From Harriotta raleighana (lineage: Eukaryota): 64,000 nt of DNA. Below, one piece after another: positions 1 through 11,953 of this stretch. The stretch spans positions 6,426,084 to 6,490,083 of the forward strand of contig JBNZDD010013701.1 of assembly GCA_050575255.1 (NCBI GenBank). The letters run 5' to 3'. Under the pieces are notes generated by a model that ran no database searches, was not told the DNA's origin, and worked only from the letters and a program-made list of their open reading frames with translations. How positions within the stretch are numbered: position 1 is the first letter of the stretch; each line of letters opens with the position of its first letter. A program made the position numbers and the translations under genes.

Positions 1-519
1 GTTACCTTGACAGTGTCGTAATGGAAAACCAAGTAGTGATTGTGTGTATATTGCATTGTACTGATCAGTACAGGAAATTAGTGATGTTACTGTAGTGGAA
101 TTAATACATAAATTATGTATTAAATGTATACATCAAACACAAGGATTATTATATAATCAATGCAGAGAGCACACTTCGTTGCCAAATCTTAAAGTCCCAA
201 GATGTTATAAAACCAACATTAAATAATCAAAAAATATTTAAAGCTGTTGCTAGAAAGAGCAAGAGAGAGGGAAGAACAGTAGAATTAATTGAGGTCCCTT
301 ATAGCCATTTAAATCAATTTGGCTCAAAATGGGCAACAGAAACCAGGAGTAACACAAATGAGGGGAAGTGATACGGTTAGATTTAAAAAGAGAATAAGGT
401 AATAGAAGTTTTAACTGCATAGGAAAAATCAGCTTTACAAAAATAGATGAGATTCAGAATGTCTGGCAAGCAGAATTGAATGAATCTTTTTTTTTTTAAA
501 TCCTCTTAATTCAACATAC

Positions 520-611
520 CTCAAATGAATGAAAGAGATACCAGAAGCTCCAGGCCACTATAGCATTGTAGTACACGGAGACCAAAAATGATACAATAAC
601 ACTTGCGACAC
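520..611 (-). CDS. slc6a20: SLC6A20-like transporter, coding exon 3 (92 nt); gene continues beyond the left edge
   Basis: (G)VASVIVSFLVSVYYNAIVAWSFWYLFHSFE, SLC6 TM3 with YYN. Acceptor gttaaatag, donor GAG|gtatgt, 86-nt intron to exon 2. Not in the ORF track. Confidence 0.92.
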
Positions 612-697
612 CTATTTAACAAAAAAACAACACAATTATCCAACAAAACCAATGTATGGCATTAAACTTTAAAGATAAACAAAATGACATTACATAC

Positions 698-838
698 CAA
701 CTCCAACCAAATACGGGTTGATCGTTTTCCATGCTCCAATGCTTCCCTTACGTAGCAATTGTCCTAATGATAGCTCCAGATAAAACAAAGGTAGCCCTTC
801 TACAACCAACATGATCACATATGGGATTAAAAATCCTC
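698..838 (-). CDS. slc6a20: SLC6A20-like transporter, coding exon 2 (141 nt)
   Basis: (G)[49 protein letters not shown]6 TM2. Acceptor tctctttcag, donor G|gtatgt, phase 1-1, in frame with exon 1. Confidence 0.93.
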
Positions 839-2599
839 CTGAAAGAGACAACAAAATCACCTTTAGGAAATTTGACGGGATAAGGAATTCATACAAATTA
901 CCTGCTTACTTGGTTCTCTTTGGTTTTCACTTAATTGCATTTTAAAAGAGCAATATTTCACCCCATTTTCTTTCAGTCCCCCTCCCTGCGAACTTGAAAA
1001 TGTTCCCAGATTTGCTCCCCAAACATTTTGAAAGTTATTCTCCTGTCACAATTGGGAGTAGTGTCTAGATATTTTTATTCCTCAGTCTTAAAGTTGATAC
1101 TCTCAAATTAGCTCAGGGCTGAGATAATAAAGCTGGTGAACATGCACTTGTTCACAACAGGCTGGTAGACAGCATATCACACTAGAGCAGTGTTGAAATA
1201 ACTAGTCAAAAATGGAAGTTACAGTATCAGAAAGACTGAAGACTGGTAAATGACTCCAGTGGACAAACTATGGTGCTTAAGAGACAGGGGGGGGGCAGAG
1301 AAAACAACATCTGAAGGTCAGGAGGGAGGCAGGATTGAACAGTGAAAATTAATAAATTTTATGTATTCGATTATCTTTCAAGATCAGAGGGTATTTGTAC
1401 ATAAATTTGCATTGATATTCATACTTTGATTAGTTGGCTGATGTATCCAGAAACCCATCATGCTTACAAATAATCAAACCAATCAGTTTGACATATGTTT
1501 GCCAAGAAATTTCCCTGTGTTGTAATGGATTGTACGCTCTTTCGTTGAGGGATGTTCCATGCTTACCTAATTCTAAAAGTATTAGGAGCAGGACTGGAGA
1601 ACCAAAATTTAGGGAGCCTTGAATGTGTTGGGGGGCATACTCCTTAAGTTCAAACCAGCTAAAACCACATTGCTTGCCATTTAGCACCGCCTGGCAAGCT
1701 TTCCACTCTGTGAAGAAATGCAATGACCTTCCTTTGTTCCATGCCTTCTTATGTAAAGGTATGCTTCCATACTCCCTCAATACAAAACATGTTTCTCTGT
1801 CTTATAAGAAAATAGTCTGTGGACCAATTTCTATTCTTTGGATAGAAATCCCTACCCATAACTACAGAACTGTAAGCAATTCTGCCCATGTATGCTTGGA
1901 ATTATGAAATAGCTCTGTTACAAAATAGACCTGATTTTTTTTGCAAACCCTGTAGATCCACTTAACACAAATCTAGATGTACACCTGCCTTTCCCCCCCC
2001 ATGACTGATCCAAGTTGCGTCAGAAGATTTAGGAGGGTTAACTGGCACAAATTGAAAAACATTCTTGTGGAAATAAAGTTTTTCAAATTACATAACAAAA
2101 AGAATGCAGATTTAAATTTTTAATGCACCTTTCAAGACAGGAGCATCTCTCAAAGTGCTTTACACAGCCGACTAGGAGAGGAGGAACTGAGGAAAATAGA
2201 AGAGAAATGTGACCCTAACCACAGTTGAAAAAATAAGGCTTCAAGTGGGCTGTAAATGTGAAGAATGAAGGGTTTGAAGAAAAATCCTATAAGAGTTCTA
2301 TAGAGCAGGGGCAGAATGGTTGAAAAATTTCCAGACTTCTAACCTTACAAGGCTGTGGCAACCCAACAAAAAGAAATTCCACTCAACTCTCAAAATGCAA
2401 AATTATGCATTCCCTGAAAACTAAGAAAGATGCGTCTTTTAGCAATGCCTTAGTGGAGCCATGAAGTGTACATGTTATTCAACTGCTAACTATTGTCCAG
2501 TTTGTGTACAAATGTGCTGCACATTTGTGAAGCATTAACTTTTGAAGCAATCAAATTAACTCGTGTTTGAAATCAGCAATGAAATTTAAATATGAAATA

Positions 2600-2999
2600 C
2601 AGTAAAAGTCCGATAATTCTGCCCAGGTCGGGACCTAGGCAGTGCTGCATTAGTGGATATGACGGATTATTGGACGTTACTCTTAGGGATGGGAGGATTT
2701 GAGTGTCCTGTGCTCTTATCTATGTTACATACCTGTATAGCGAAACCCAGAGCTCTCCCCAGCCCGGCAGAGCAGGCGGTCTGCCTTAATAGGCATCGCA
2801 CCCGCCGAACGTTAATTTAAAAAATTGCACACGCACTTATTAAACGTGACGTCAGTGATGGGCTCCCGAGGAAAATGCGCTGGGTAGAGTGAAGGATCTC
2901 TGGGAAGAGATGCGCACATTGCAAAAAAAAAAGGAACGTTGCAGATGACGGACTATAAGGCTTTCCGAATTATCAATTGCTGGATTAAAGAATTTACTG
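2600..2999. mobile_element. Related TA-flanked MITE
   Basis: TA|cagtaaaagtccgataatt ... ggattaaagaatttactg|TA. CpG-rich interior shares gcacttattaaac with the 62327 copy. Confidence 0.65.
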
Positions 3000-5609
3000 T
3001 ATAATATTTCATTTACTGAATGGTTTGAAAGTGACAACATCTGGCTACCCAATGTGCTAAACGATAAACTGACGGGGAAGATATTTGCCATGAAACCACT
3101 GGTGCAATGCTATACTCTTTTACCTAACTGTCCAATTACTCAAACGTAATGCAAATTATACATGGAAGATAAATTTATTTAAAATATGGTAAAACAAACT
3201 TCTTAGTTTATTCATAAAATTTGTAAATTGAATTGATATACAAATGAAAATAGTGGGGGGGGGGTTTAAAGTCAGGAGGACATTCCAATGATATGGCTAG
3301 TTCAGGATTTGCACCTGAGCTGGGGGCTGAGAGAGGAAAGATTGCCGAAAGCTCGGGTCAACAGCATAGAGCTTAAAGGAGATGAGGGAAGGGGAGTTAA
3401 AAGGACTCTGAGATAGGTGTTCCAGAGTGGGATTTGGTATGCTGAAAGCACAGTGAAACAGTAATTTGCAAAAGCAAGTTTATCAGAGATGAAATTTAGT
3501 CTTGAATGGAACCCCTAAATAATACCATCCATTCACTTAGCTAATGAATAAAACTGCATGGCCTTTTTTCTAATTCAATGTAATATTTTAAGTAGGCAAA
3601 CCAGTGTTCACCTCTGAAAACCTCAATCTTTTTATATCCCCTGAAGTTTAGAATGTGCTAACTCAGAAATGAGATCAAATTAATCAGCTATTTTGGCAGC
3701 AAATCCAAAATCTCATAGAATGGTAAATTCCTAGAAAAAGCTTCATAAAAGAAATCCATAGTGATTTCAAAATACAGTAAATCTAGCGTAGCATATTGTT
3801 ATACACTATAATATTGTCCAAATAATGTAACCATTGGGGAGGAAAAAGAGGTTTTAGATTGTAATGCATTCTAGTGATTAATTGCAAAGCAACTTTTGTA
3901 GAGTAGAATAAAACATAATGGCAATTTGACGGGAGAAAGGAAAAGAGATGCATCCAATAAGCAAAAAATAGAAATGGGCCCCAAATAATGGGGAGCTAAG
4001 GCATTACAAGTGGTCTATGTTAGTTTTTTTTGTTCCAGTAAAGTTATCAACTTCTGTTAACCATAACAAAACCTGATTGTTTTATCTCACTTATGATACA
4101 GTGATCAGAAGCTGGAACTATTTGCTTCCCTTCTATTCTGGGGCAGACACAAACTAGTATCTTTATAGGTGACTCCAGCTGAAATCAACTAACCTACCAA
4201 TCAAGAATCATATTGGTGTATAAAACAGAGGCAACTATGCTCTTTGGGGGGGGGGGGGGGAAACAAAATACATATTTCTACTTGAATTGGCTATTATAAT
4301 ATTGCTAATGCAGCCCACTCCCATTAATGCATTGTCATATCAGGATGGACAGTACATGTTCTAATTCCTGAGTTCAACCTACAATCTTCTCACTCAAAGA
4401 TGACTACTACTAATGATATCAGGTTGACAATCTGGGCAAATAAGGGAAGTCTTCTTTGTGGAAATACCCTAAACTATTACATTTATCAGAAAGCATCAGT
4501 TGAAAATTGTTAGCAAATTATTCAGCTTACATGCCACGCTTTAAAATGGAGCTATAAGTGCTTTATCAAATCAAAGTCCACTAAAGCTATTAAACTACAT
4601 TTCATTCTATACAAATACTTAACTGCAGATACAAAGTCAACATTTATAGTATGCAGTACTTTTCTTGTTTATCCACAGGTTAAGTTACTGTTATGCTAGA
4701 TAAACTGAATTCGGTGCTGTAGCACTCATTGGTCATTTTTTCAGTTGTTTTTCTTTTCACTACGAAGTAAACTACTTACTCCAGTGTACGGAGGTTACAA
4801 TGGTAGCCTAGCCAGTACCATCAAGCTAGTTCGCTTTTTTCTCAGCAAACATTCTTTACTGGTCATCTTAAGACCTGTGCAGACCCATAAAAAGGGAAAA
4901 CTTTGCAAAACACCATTCTATGATCTCTGAATCTTTCTCATTATAACACTTTACAGTCAAAAATTAAAAGCAAAAGCCGTATGACTCACCCAGTTCAACC
5001 CCTTCCCCAGACCCTCTTATTATCCATCTTTAATTGTTTATCCATTACTTTTGAAATAATAGTTTCAGCTTCAATAGCTGAACTGTAGGTAAGCATTCCA
5101 CGGGTCTACCTCTCTTGAGACCCCTCCTCCCAACATTGCCATAAAACTCTTCCAATAACAATCCTGTACTTATTAGTTGTCAATTTACCTGCCAATGGGA
5201 ATAATCCTTCACTATTTATTCTCTCAAAACATTTCAGTTATTTAAAAAAAGTACCAATATATACAAATCATTGAAATATATGGATTGAGATAACGAATAT
5301 TTTGTGTTTCCGTTCAATCTTTTTAATAATGAAGGTCCTCAGTCACGCAGTACCTTCAAATAGAGAAAGGACAACTAACACTCACACAAATAAGTTCAGA
5401 CAAGTTGATTTTTTTTAAAAAATTGGAAAATAAAGATTACACTAAATTTTCCAAAGCATTCAACTTGGATAAAAATGTTTGACTTCTACAGACAAAACAT
5501 TAAACCAGAAATGATCTTCCTTGATCTAATATCTGTCATCGGTAAAACCGTATTTGAGATTTTATTCCAGAGTTTGGGGATACTTCAGAAGTTTGGGGAG
5601 AAAGGTATA

Positions 5610-6041
5610 CAGTAAAACCCTGTTTATCCATGACTCGATGAACCGGAAACCCCGCTGAACCCGAACCTAAAAAAAAAGTCCTGATTCGATAAACTGGAAG
5701 TTATCCAGCAGAATAGTGATGACGCATTTAATTAATCGATTGTCGCACGCGAGTATTGGTGCAGGTATTTCAGTTGGGCACTAGTCGAGTCTAAACTCGC
5801 TCCTCCTCCTTTTAAAAGTCGCTTTTTTTTAAACCTCCGTCAGGTGAGGGCTTACATTGCAAAGTTAAGTATAAATAATAAAGTACAAACACAATATTCT
5901 GTTATTATTTAGTCTATTATTAATATGGTATATATTAAAATTGTCAATTTTTAAAAAAAATTGTTAATGTAAAAAAAACGGAAAACCATTTAACCGCAAC
6001 TGGCCAGGTCCCATGGGTGCCAGATAAATGGGGTTTTACTG
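5610..6041. mobile_element. MITE family B (Tc1/mariner-like, TIR cagtaaaacc-gtttatcc)
   Basis: TA|cagtaaaaccctgtttatcc ... gataaatggggttttactg|TA. Confidence 0.88.
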
Positions 6042-6078
6042 TACAATTAAATGTATTAGAAAGACTTAGGTCTTAACT

Positions 6079-6369
6079 ATAATAATCCTTGCTTTCGATA
6101 CAGCGCTTTTCACGTCTTCTAGACGTCTTAAAGAGCTTCACAGAATATACTGTAGTGAATTAATTGTATATTCAGACTGTGGTCAATTGCGCACAGCAGT
6201 GTCCCATAAATATTCATGGATTGAAATGACCAATTAATTAAGTTTTTTGAGAGATTATTATCAGGCATGTGGAGTAAGGAAACTTGGCCAAGGTTTCGAA
6301 CTGCTGGGAATTGAACCAAGGTCTTTTGCTTGTAAAGCGAGTGCTCTAACCACTGAACTATAGGATTCC
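6079..6369 (-). mobile_element. tRNA-derived SINE, family A, full length
   Basis: Head with A box (tagttcagtgg) and B box (gttcaattc), conserved body, and L2-like tail ending in (att)n. More than 15 related copies in the window. Confidence 0.9.
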
Positions 6370-6984
6370 ACATTATAGCAATATACATTCATATTTTACA
6401 TTACAAAAATAATTCTGCTTCTAATTATAGTAAGTACCTCTTAACAGATTTTCCACTGTAGAATTTAGAAATTTATTGTCATATTCATTTAACACTGGAG
6501 TTGAGATGAACTAAGTTTCAAAAAGACGACAACCGAGGCAGAAAACTGGTCATTTAAAAAGATAATTTAGCATATCAATTTGGGGGAAAAATTTCAGTTA
6601 TGGTTGAACTAAATAAAAGAACGCAGATAACCAAAAAGAAGCCAACTAAGCAACTAAGCAGCTGCAGCACTTTAAACTTTAGTTTTTTTTAAAAAAGCGA
6701 TGCCTAAAATTTATTTTCCCAGCTCCCACAAGATACACAAAATTATACCAGGTCCACAATTTATCAATTAGAAAATTAATCAAAACATTTATATTTAAAA
6801 AGGCATTTTCTACACAGGGAAACTGTAAAGAAGGAAAAGATTTAAAATGGTTTCTATCAACTTTCCAGAGTATGGCATTTCTTTAATTACATCATAATTT
6901 ATCAGCAAACAGCTCAGTTTTGAAAATCTTTCAATGGAGCGCGACAGATTGACAGTAACGAGAAGAAAAACACATCAAGCTTAC

Positions 6985-7105
6985 CTCCTCCATGCATCTG
7001 ACACAAGTATGGGAAACGCCATACATTCCCCAGTCCCACTGCAAAAGAAATGCAGGCGAACACAAACTGCATGGGATTCTCCCACGATGGTCTGCCATCA
7101 TCCAT
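6985..7105 (-). CDS. slc6a20: SLC6A20-like transporter, first coding exon (121 nt)
   Basis: Translates [40 protein letters not shown], containing the SLC6/NSS TM1 signature [12 protein letters not shown]. The very short N-terminus and QFVFACIS resemble SLC6A20. ATG at 7105-7103; donor GAG|gtaagc at 6984. Confidence 0.92.
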
Positions 7106-7281
7106 ATTTGTAAGTCTCTGAAACTCTCCACGTTAGGAATCTACACTTGTGCTTCTGACAACTGCAAAGTTGTTAAAGATCACGCTCCAGGAATTTGGCA
7201 CCAGGAAAATCAGATGTTTAATTTTTAAGCTTATTAACTACGACACAATGACTCGGTTGGGAAATAGTTCACAGGGATAAG
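7106..7281 (-). other. Probable 5'UTR part of the ATG-containing SLC6A20-like exon
   Basis: Acceptor-like ccgtttttgtttcag ends at 7282 on the minus strand, upstream of the ATG. Confidence 0.45.
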
Positions 7282-8998
7282 CTGAAACAAAAACGGAACT
7301 TCAACGAAAAGAGTAGTACTTGTTCTTCGTCTTCACCAGTTCTGACTTCCTTCACATTAGTCACTACAGTCGCAGTTCAGAAAGGTTGGTCATCACCATC
7401 AGGTTGGAACGTCACTGATTACATACAAAAAAGTATAAAGTGCATTAGATAAGCTATACAACTTTAGATATGCTAAATAATTTCCAAGTACAAGTGTTGC
7501 ATACTAAATCTAACTTTGTGTAAGTAGCTGATATTCTGGAAGTTTATTTGTCAAGTTTCAAAATGGAAGTTTAGAAATTCATGTTACAAAAAATCACTGT
7601 GTTTTCAAGTTTTTAAAAAAAAAACTTTTAATTCAAAGCTCTCATTAATACATATCCCCACCACCCACCCCAAAAATCACATTATTTAAAAAGTAATATT
7701 CTGGAATGTAGAGTTTCAGGTCGATAAATCTGTCTCTTTAAAATTCAGATTACATTTGTTCATTGTGCAAGTTGGCCACAAGATAGTATATTAAATGCAA
7801 TTCATATAAAAAGCTGTAGTGTATCTGTAATGCTAAGCATAGCAACTTCCATAATATTCCAAAAACACTCACTTTAGCAACAAAATAAATATTACTCAGA
7901 TTTTTAAGATTCAAATCCATTTTATGAACTTTTGTTGTAATTCTGTTCCGATTATTTATTTATTATCTGCCTGAAAAATGAGGATGGGAAGCGTGGCAAT
8001 ATTAAAAGAGAAGGGGGATACAGACATCTACAACCTGCAGCACTGCATTCAAGTCTTATGCAATTTCATATATATGCAGTAGATGGAGCTAATCGCAGAG
8101 GTAATATTAAGCAGTTAGAAAACGACTACTTAAAAAAGGAATAAGTAGTGATCTGGTAAAAGGAGCAACCTCTCGCTCTATATAATTTCATTCAAACCCA
8201 GTCTGATACAATAGCGAAAAAGGATTAACAAAAGCAAATGTAATAAGTGAAAACGAAAACCTGCCCTATTACAATCATAGCATCCTCAATTGAAATTTAC
8301 CACAGTACAGTATTTCAAATATTTAAAAAAACTTCTAACCCCAGGAATCAGCCATACAATATCTGGTGAGTATTTCAGTGTAATGTAGTGTAAGCAATTT
8401 CTGGGTGTGAATTGTTCATGCCATTAAAATTTTGTGAAAATTGAATGCAAAGAAAAGGCATTAAGACAGACCAGGAATGTCTGAGGTGAATTAACTGCTG
8501 AGGCAAGCAGTCCATTGAACTATCAGAAAGTAGGGATGGAAGATGTGAAAGTGTAGCAAAGGTTGCCAAGAAGTTAAATATTAAACAATGGATGACAAAA
8601 GTTCAAGGCAAAGACCATTTTCTACAGTGCAGATCAACAATAATCCTGCATATAACACAGATCCCTTGGGAAAACGAATCCCCTTCCAAGACTCTTTTGG
8701 GAGCATGATGTAAAAAAAGTTTAATTCAGCCATGCTTTTTAAGTGGGGTCAATCACTGCTACACCTATAGAAACTCATCACCATTCTTAAGAAACCAGTT
8801 ACACATTTGGACATTGATTCCACATTGATTTCCACTTACACATGGAAGTTTCCACAGCTGTAATGGAATGCACTCTCCTTGAGCATTAGCGCCTTTGATG
8901 TCCTCCTGACGCGAAAGGCACACTATAAATGTAATTTTGTGGCTGTTGTTAGGTCCAATTTGGCAAAAATCAAGGATCGGAGATCCTGGATAATCCAT

Positions 8999-9925
8999 TG
9001 TGGGGTACTGCCGGAGTTTAACCAGCTAAAACCACAGAACTGACTGGCAAGCTTTTGCCACCAAACCCCAATACTCTGGAATACTCTCCTCAATCCCTTT
9101 GCCTTGCTCCCTCTCTGTCCCTTTTCCAAGTCCCACCTGAAAATCTTCCTCTTTGACCGTGCTTACGGCCACCTCCACACCATCTTGGAGTTAGGCTCCA
9201 CCACTGTTCAGCTCTCCGAGACACATTGCGTGGAGGGCAGTATATTGAGATGTTTCTAACACCCACATTATATGTACATCCAAGATATGGCTTGCTTTTT
9301 TAAAAAGAATCATAGAATCTTACGGCACAAAAGGAGGCCATTCGGCACTTCGAATCTGTGCCGGCTACTTGAAAAGAGCAACTCAATCCCACTCCTCAAC
9401 CGGCTATTTGAAAAGAGCAATTCAATCCCACTCCCCAGCTCTCTCCCCATAACCACGCAAACCCATCCTCCTCAAATAAATGTCTTCCTCGTAGAATGTA
9501 CTGAGTTGGCTGTGTTCATTCCTCGCTAATGAATGCAAGTCCCCTTTAACTAGCTGTAACTTGACTTCCACAAAGACAGATACTACCAATTGCTATTTAA
9601 ATTAACCACAAAAACATTACATTTGTAGAGCGCCTTTCACGTCAGGAGGACGTCCCTATTAAAGCAAATAGGGAAGCTTCAGTCAATCAGAGATTTATTT
9701 TACACCTCTGACCCAGGCTGATCCGGTTTATGTCTTCCCACCGTCTTTGATTTATACAGAAAGCTCGAAAGCACTGTTAAATTAGCTCAAGATAATTTTA
9801 TTGTAACTTTGTTGGAAGTCCACAACCCTCGGCATTAAATCTTAAACAAAATTGCAATACAAAACTGAGGTAACAAACATTAATCACACTTAAATTAGCT
9901 GGTTAAACTCCGGCAGTACCCCACA
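8999..9925. mobile_element. Unclassified inverted-repeat element with TGT...ACA ends
   Basis: Perfect 33-bp inverted repeat at 8997-9029 and 9895-9927. Related left ends near 1630, 10697 and 36310. Confidence 0.6.
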
Positions 9926-11685
9926 ATTAGTCACTTGTAATGAAAGTTAATGTAGAAGTACACAAAGAATCAACCTGTGACTATTAATGAATAGTATTCA
10001 GAGCACCTACCTTTGTTGTTACCAGGTAGAAAAATAGCAACCACAACAACATAGAGCTTGTTCTTTTATGGGCATTCAGCCCCTCCCTAAATTAGAGTAT
10101 CCAATGGTAATTGTATAGCATTAATTATGTGATGATCCCCATCAGATGCCCTCAGTTGCCCAATAGGGGACAAGTACACTTCCAAACCTGTCTGCATATT
10201 GGAATGGTAAGTTTCCCCAAATGGTTGCAATCGATATTAAGAGTCAGACTTAATGGCACTATAAATATCAAAAATGTTAAAACACATAAAAGTATTTAAA
10301 ACAGTATTTAATATAATCCTTGCAATTGATATAGCGCTTTTCATGTCTTCTAGGTGTCTCAAAAGCACTTCCAGAATATAAAGCGTAAAGTGAATTGACT
10401 ATATTTGTGGGCAATAAACCTTAAATATTACATTTTAAATATTAAAAATAGATTCAAACAACAGACAGGCATAGAAAAAATGGGTGTCTTTTCATTCTGT
10501 TCTGTCCATTAATGGAGTGACTTCTTGCCCCTGATCATGGTTAAATTTACAACCAGGTAATTTATGAGAATATGCAAATTTTACAGAGTTGAATGGAATG
10601 TGCACTCGCTCCCTGGAACGATGAATCCTGATTACCTCATTCAACAGTATCGGGCATAGAGTTAGCAAGAGCCAAGACTTGGACCCCAGTACATGTTTGG
10701 GTACTGCTGGAGTTTAACCTTCTAAAATGGCACAGCTTGTTATGGAAAGCACCATCTGGCAAGCTTTCTATTGCTTGCCCATTCTACCCATTAGGGCATT
10801 GGCTTGCAGGGTTAACAGGAGTCAAGAGGGAAGGATCCAGGCAAGCTAGAATATCAGCAATACTGCAGACCCATCTGGCACAAGAAATGGATTACTAGAC
10901 TGCCAGGGAGGAATGACTCGATTCAGACATTGGAATGTCAGAATCAGTAAATGTGTAATAGAATTAAGCTAGTATTATTTATTAATTTAGTATCGAACTA
11001 TTTTGTTAATGACAATTAGTGTCTACCTACTGATAAAATAAGTTAGTAAGTGTGATATTTCACCAGTTAACTTGATTTACAAGAATACAATACATTTTCC
11101 TATCCATTAAAATGCACTTATTCATTAATTCAAATATGTTCACATTAAATACCTTCTAAAAGGGCAATATAAATAATTGATGAGACTTTGATTGGGATCA
11201 GGATTGTAACTCCAGCCCAGGAGAGATGTTTATATAGCGTCCAACATGAAAGACATTATACAAACGTAATTTGTTGCTGTTATGTTAAGATACATTTAAA
11301 ATAATTATTTTAAAAATCCATTGCTCTTTCTTACATTTTAAAGAAATTTCTTATATTTTAAAGAAACAAAAGCTGGTGTCTGTTATTTTCTGCTTGCATT
11401 TCCCAATGAACGCTTCCTAGATTTTTCCAATAAACCCCAAATATTATCCTTCATATCTTGCACATCTCCTGTTTGCAGCATTACTTTATTACAAGAACAG
11501 CTAACCGCAATGTTAAGCTACTTCCATGATTTCATGCTAGAATCTTAAAAACTACATTTGTCTGCATCTCCCACAGATCCCAATCATGTTTAACTCCATC
11601 TCTTCCTTTCAGTTTGTCTATTAATTCACTTCACTGGAATGGTCTCACGCCCTCCCTAATATGCACACATTGCCATTTATAATTA

Positions 11686-11953
11686 AAATAATCCTTGCAT
11701 TTGATAGCGCTTTTCACGCTTTCTAGACATCTCAAAGCACTTCACAGAATATGCTGTGAAGTGAATTGACTACAAATTTATGGGTGAAATGATGCAGCCA
11801 ATTTCACAATGCAATGTTCCAGAAACTGTCGTGGATTGAGAAACTAATTTATTATCGTTTTTTTCCTTGATGGCTTATCAACAGTCGTGTGGAGTAAGGA
11901 AACTTGCCCAATGTTTCGCCCTGTCTGGAATCAAACCCAGATCTCTCGCTTGG
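11686..11953 (-). mobile_element. SINE family A, missing part of the head
   Basis: Matches the body and tail of the 6079 and 34382 copies. Confidence 0.85.
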
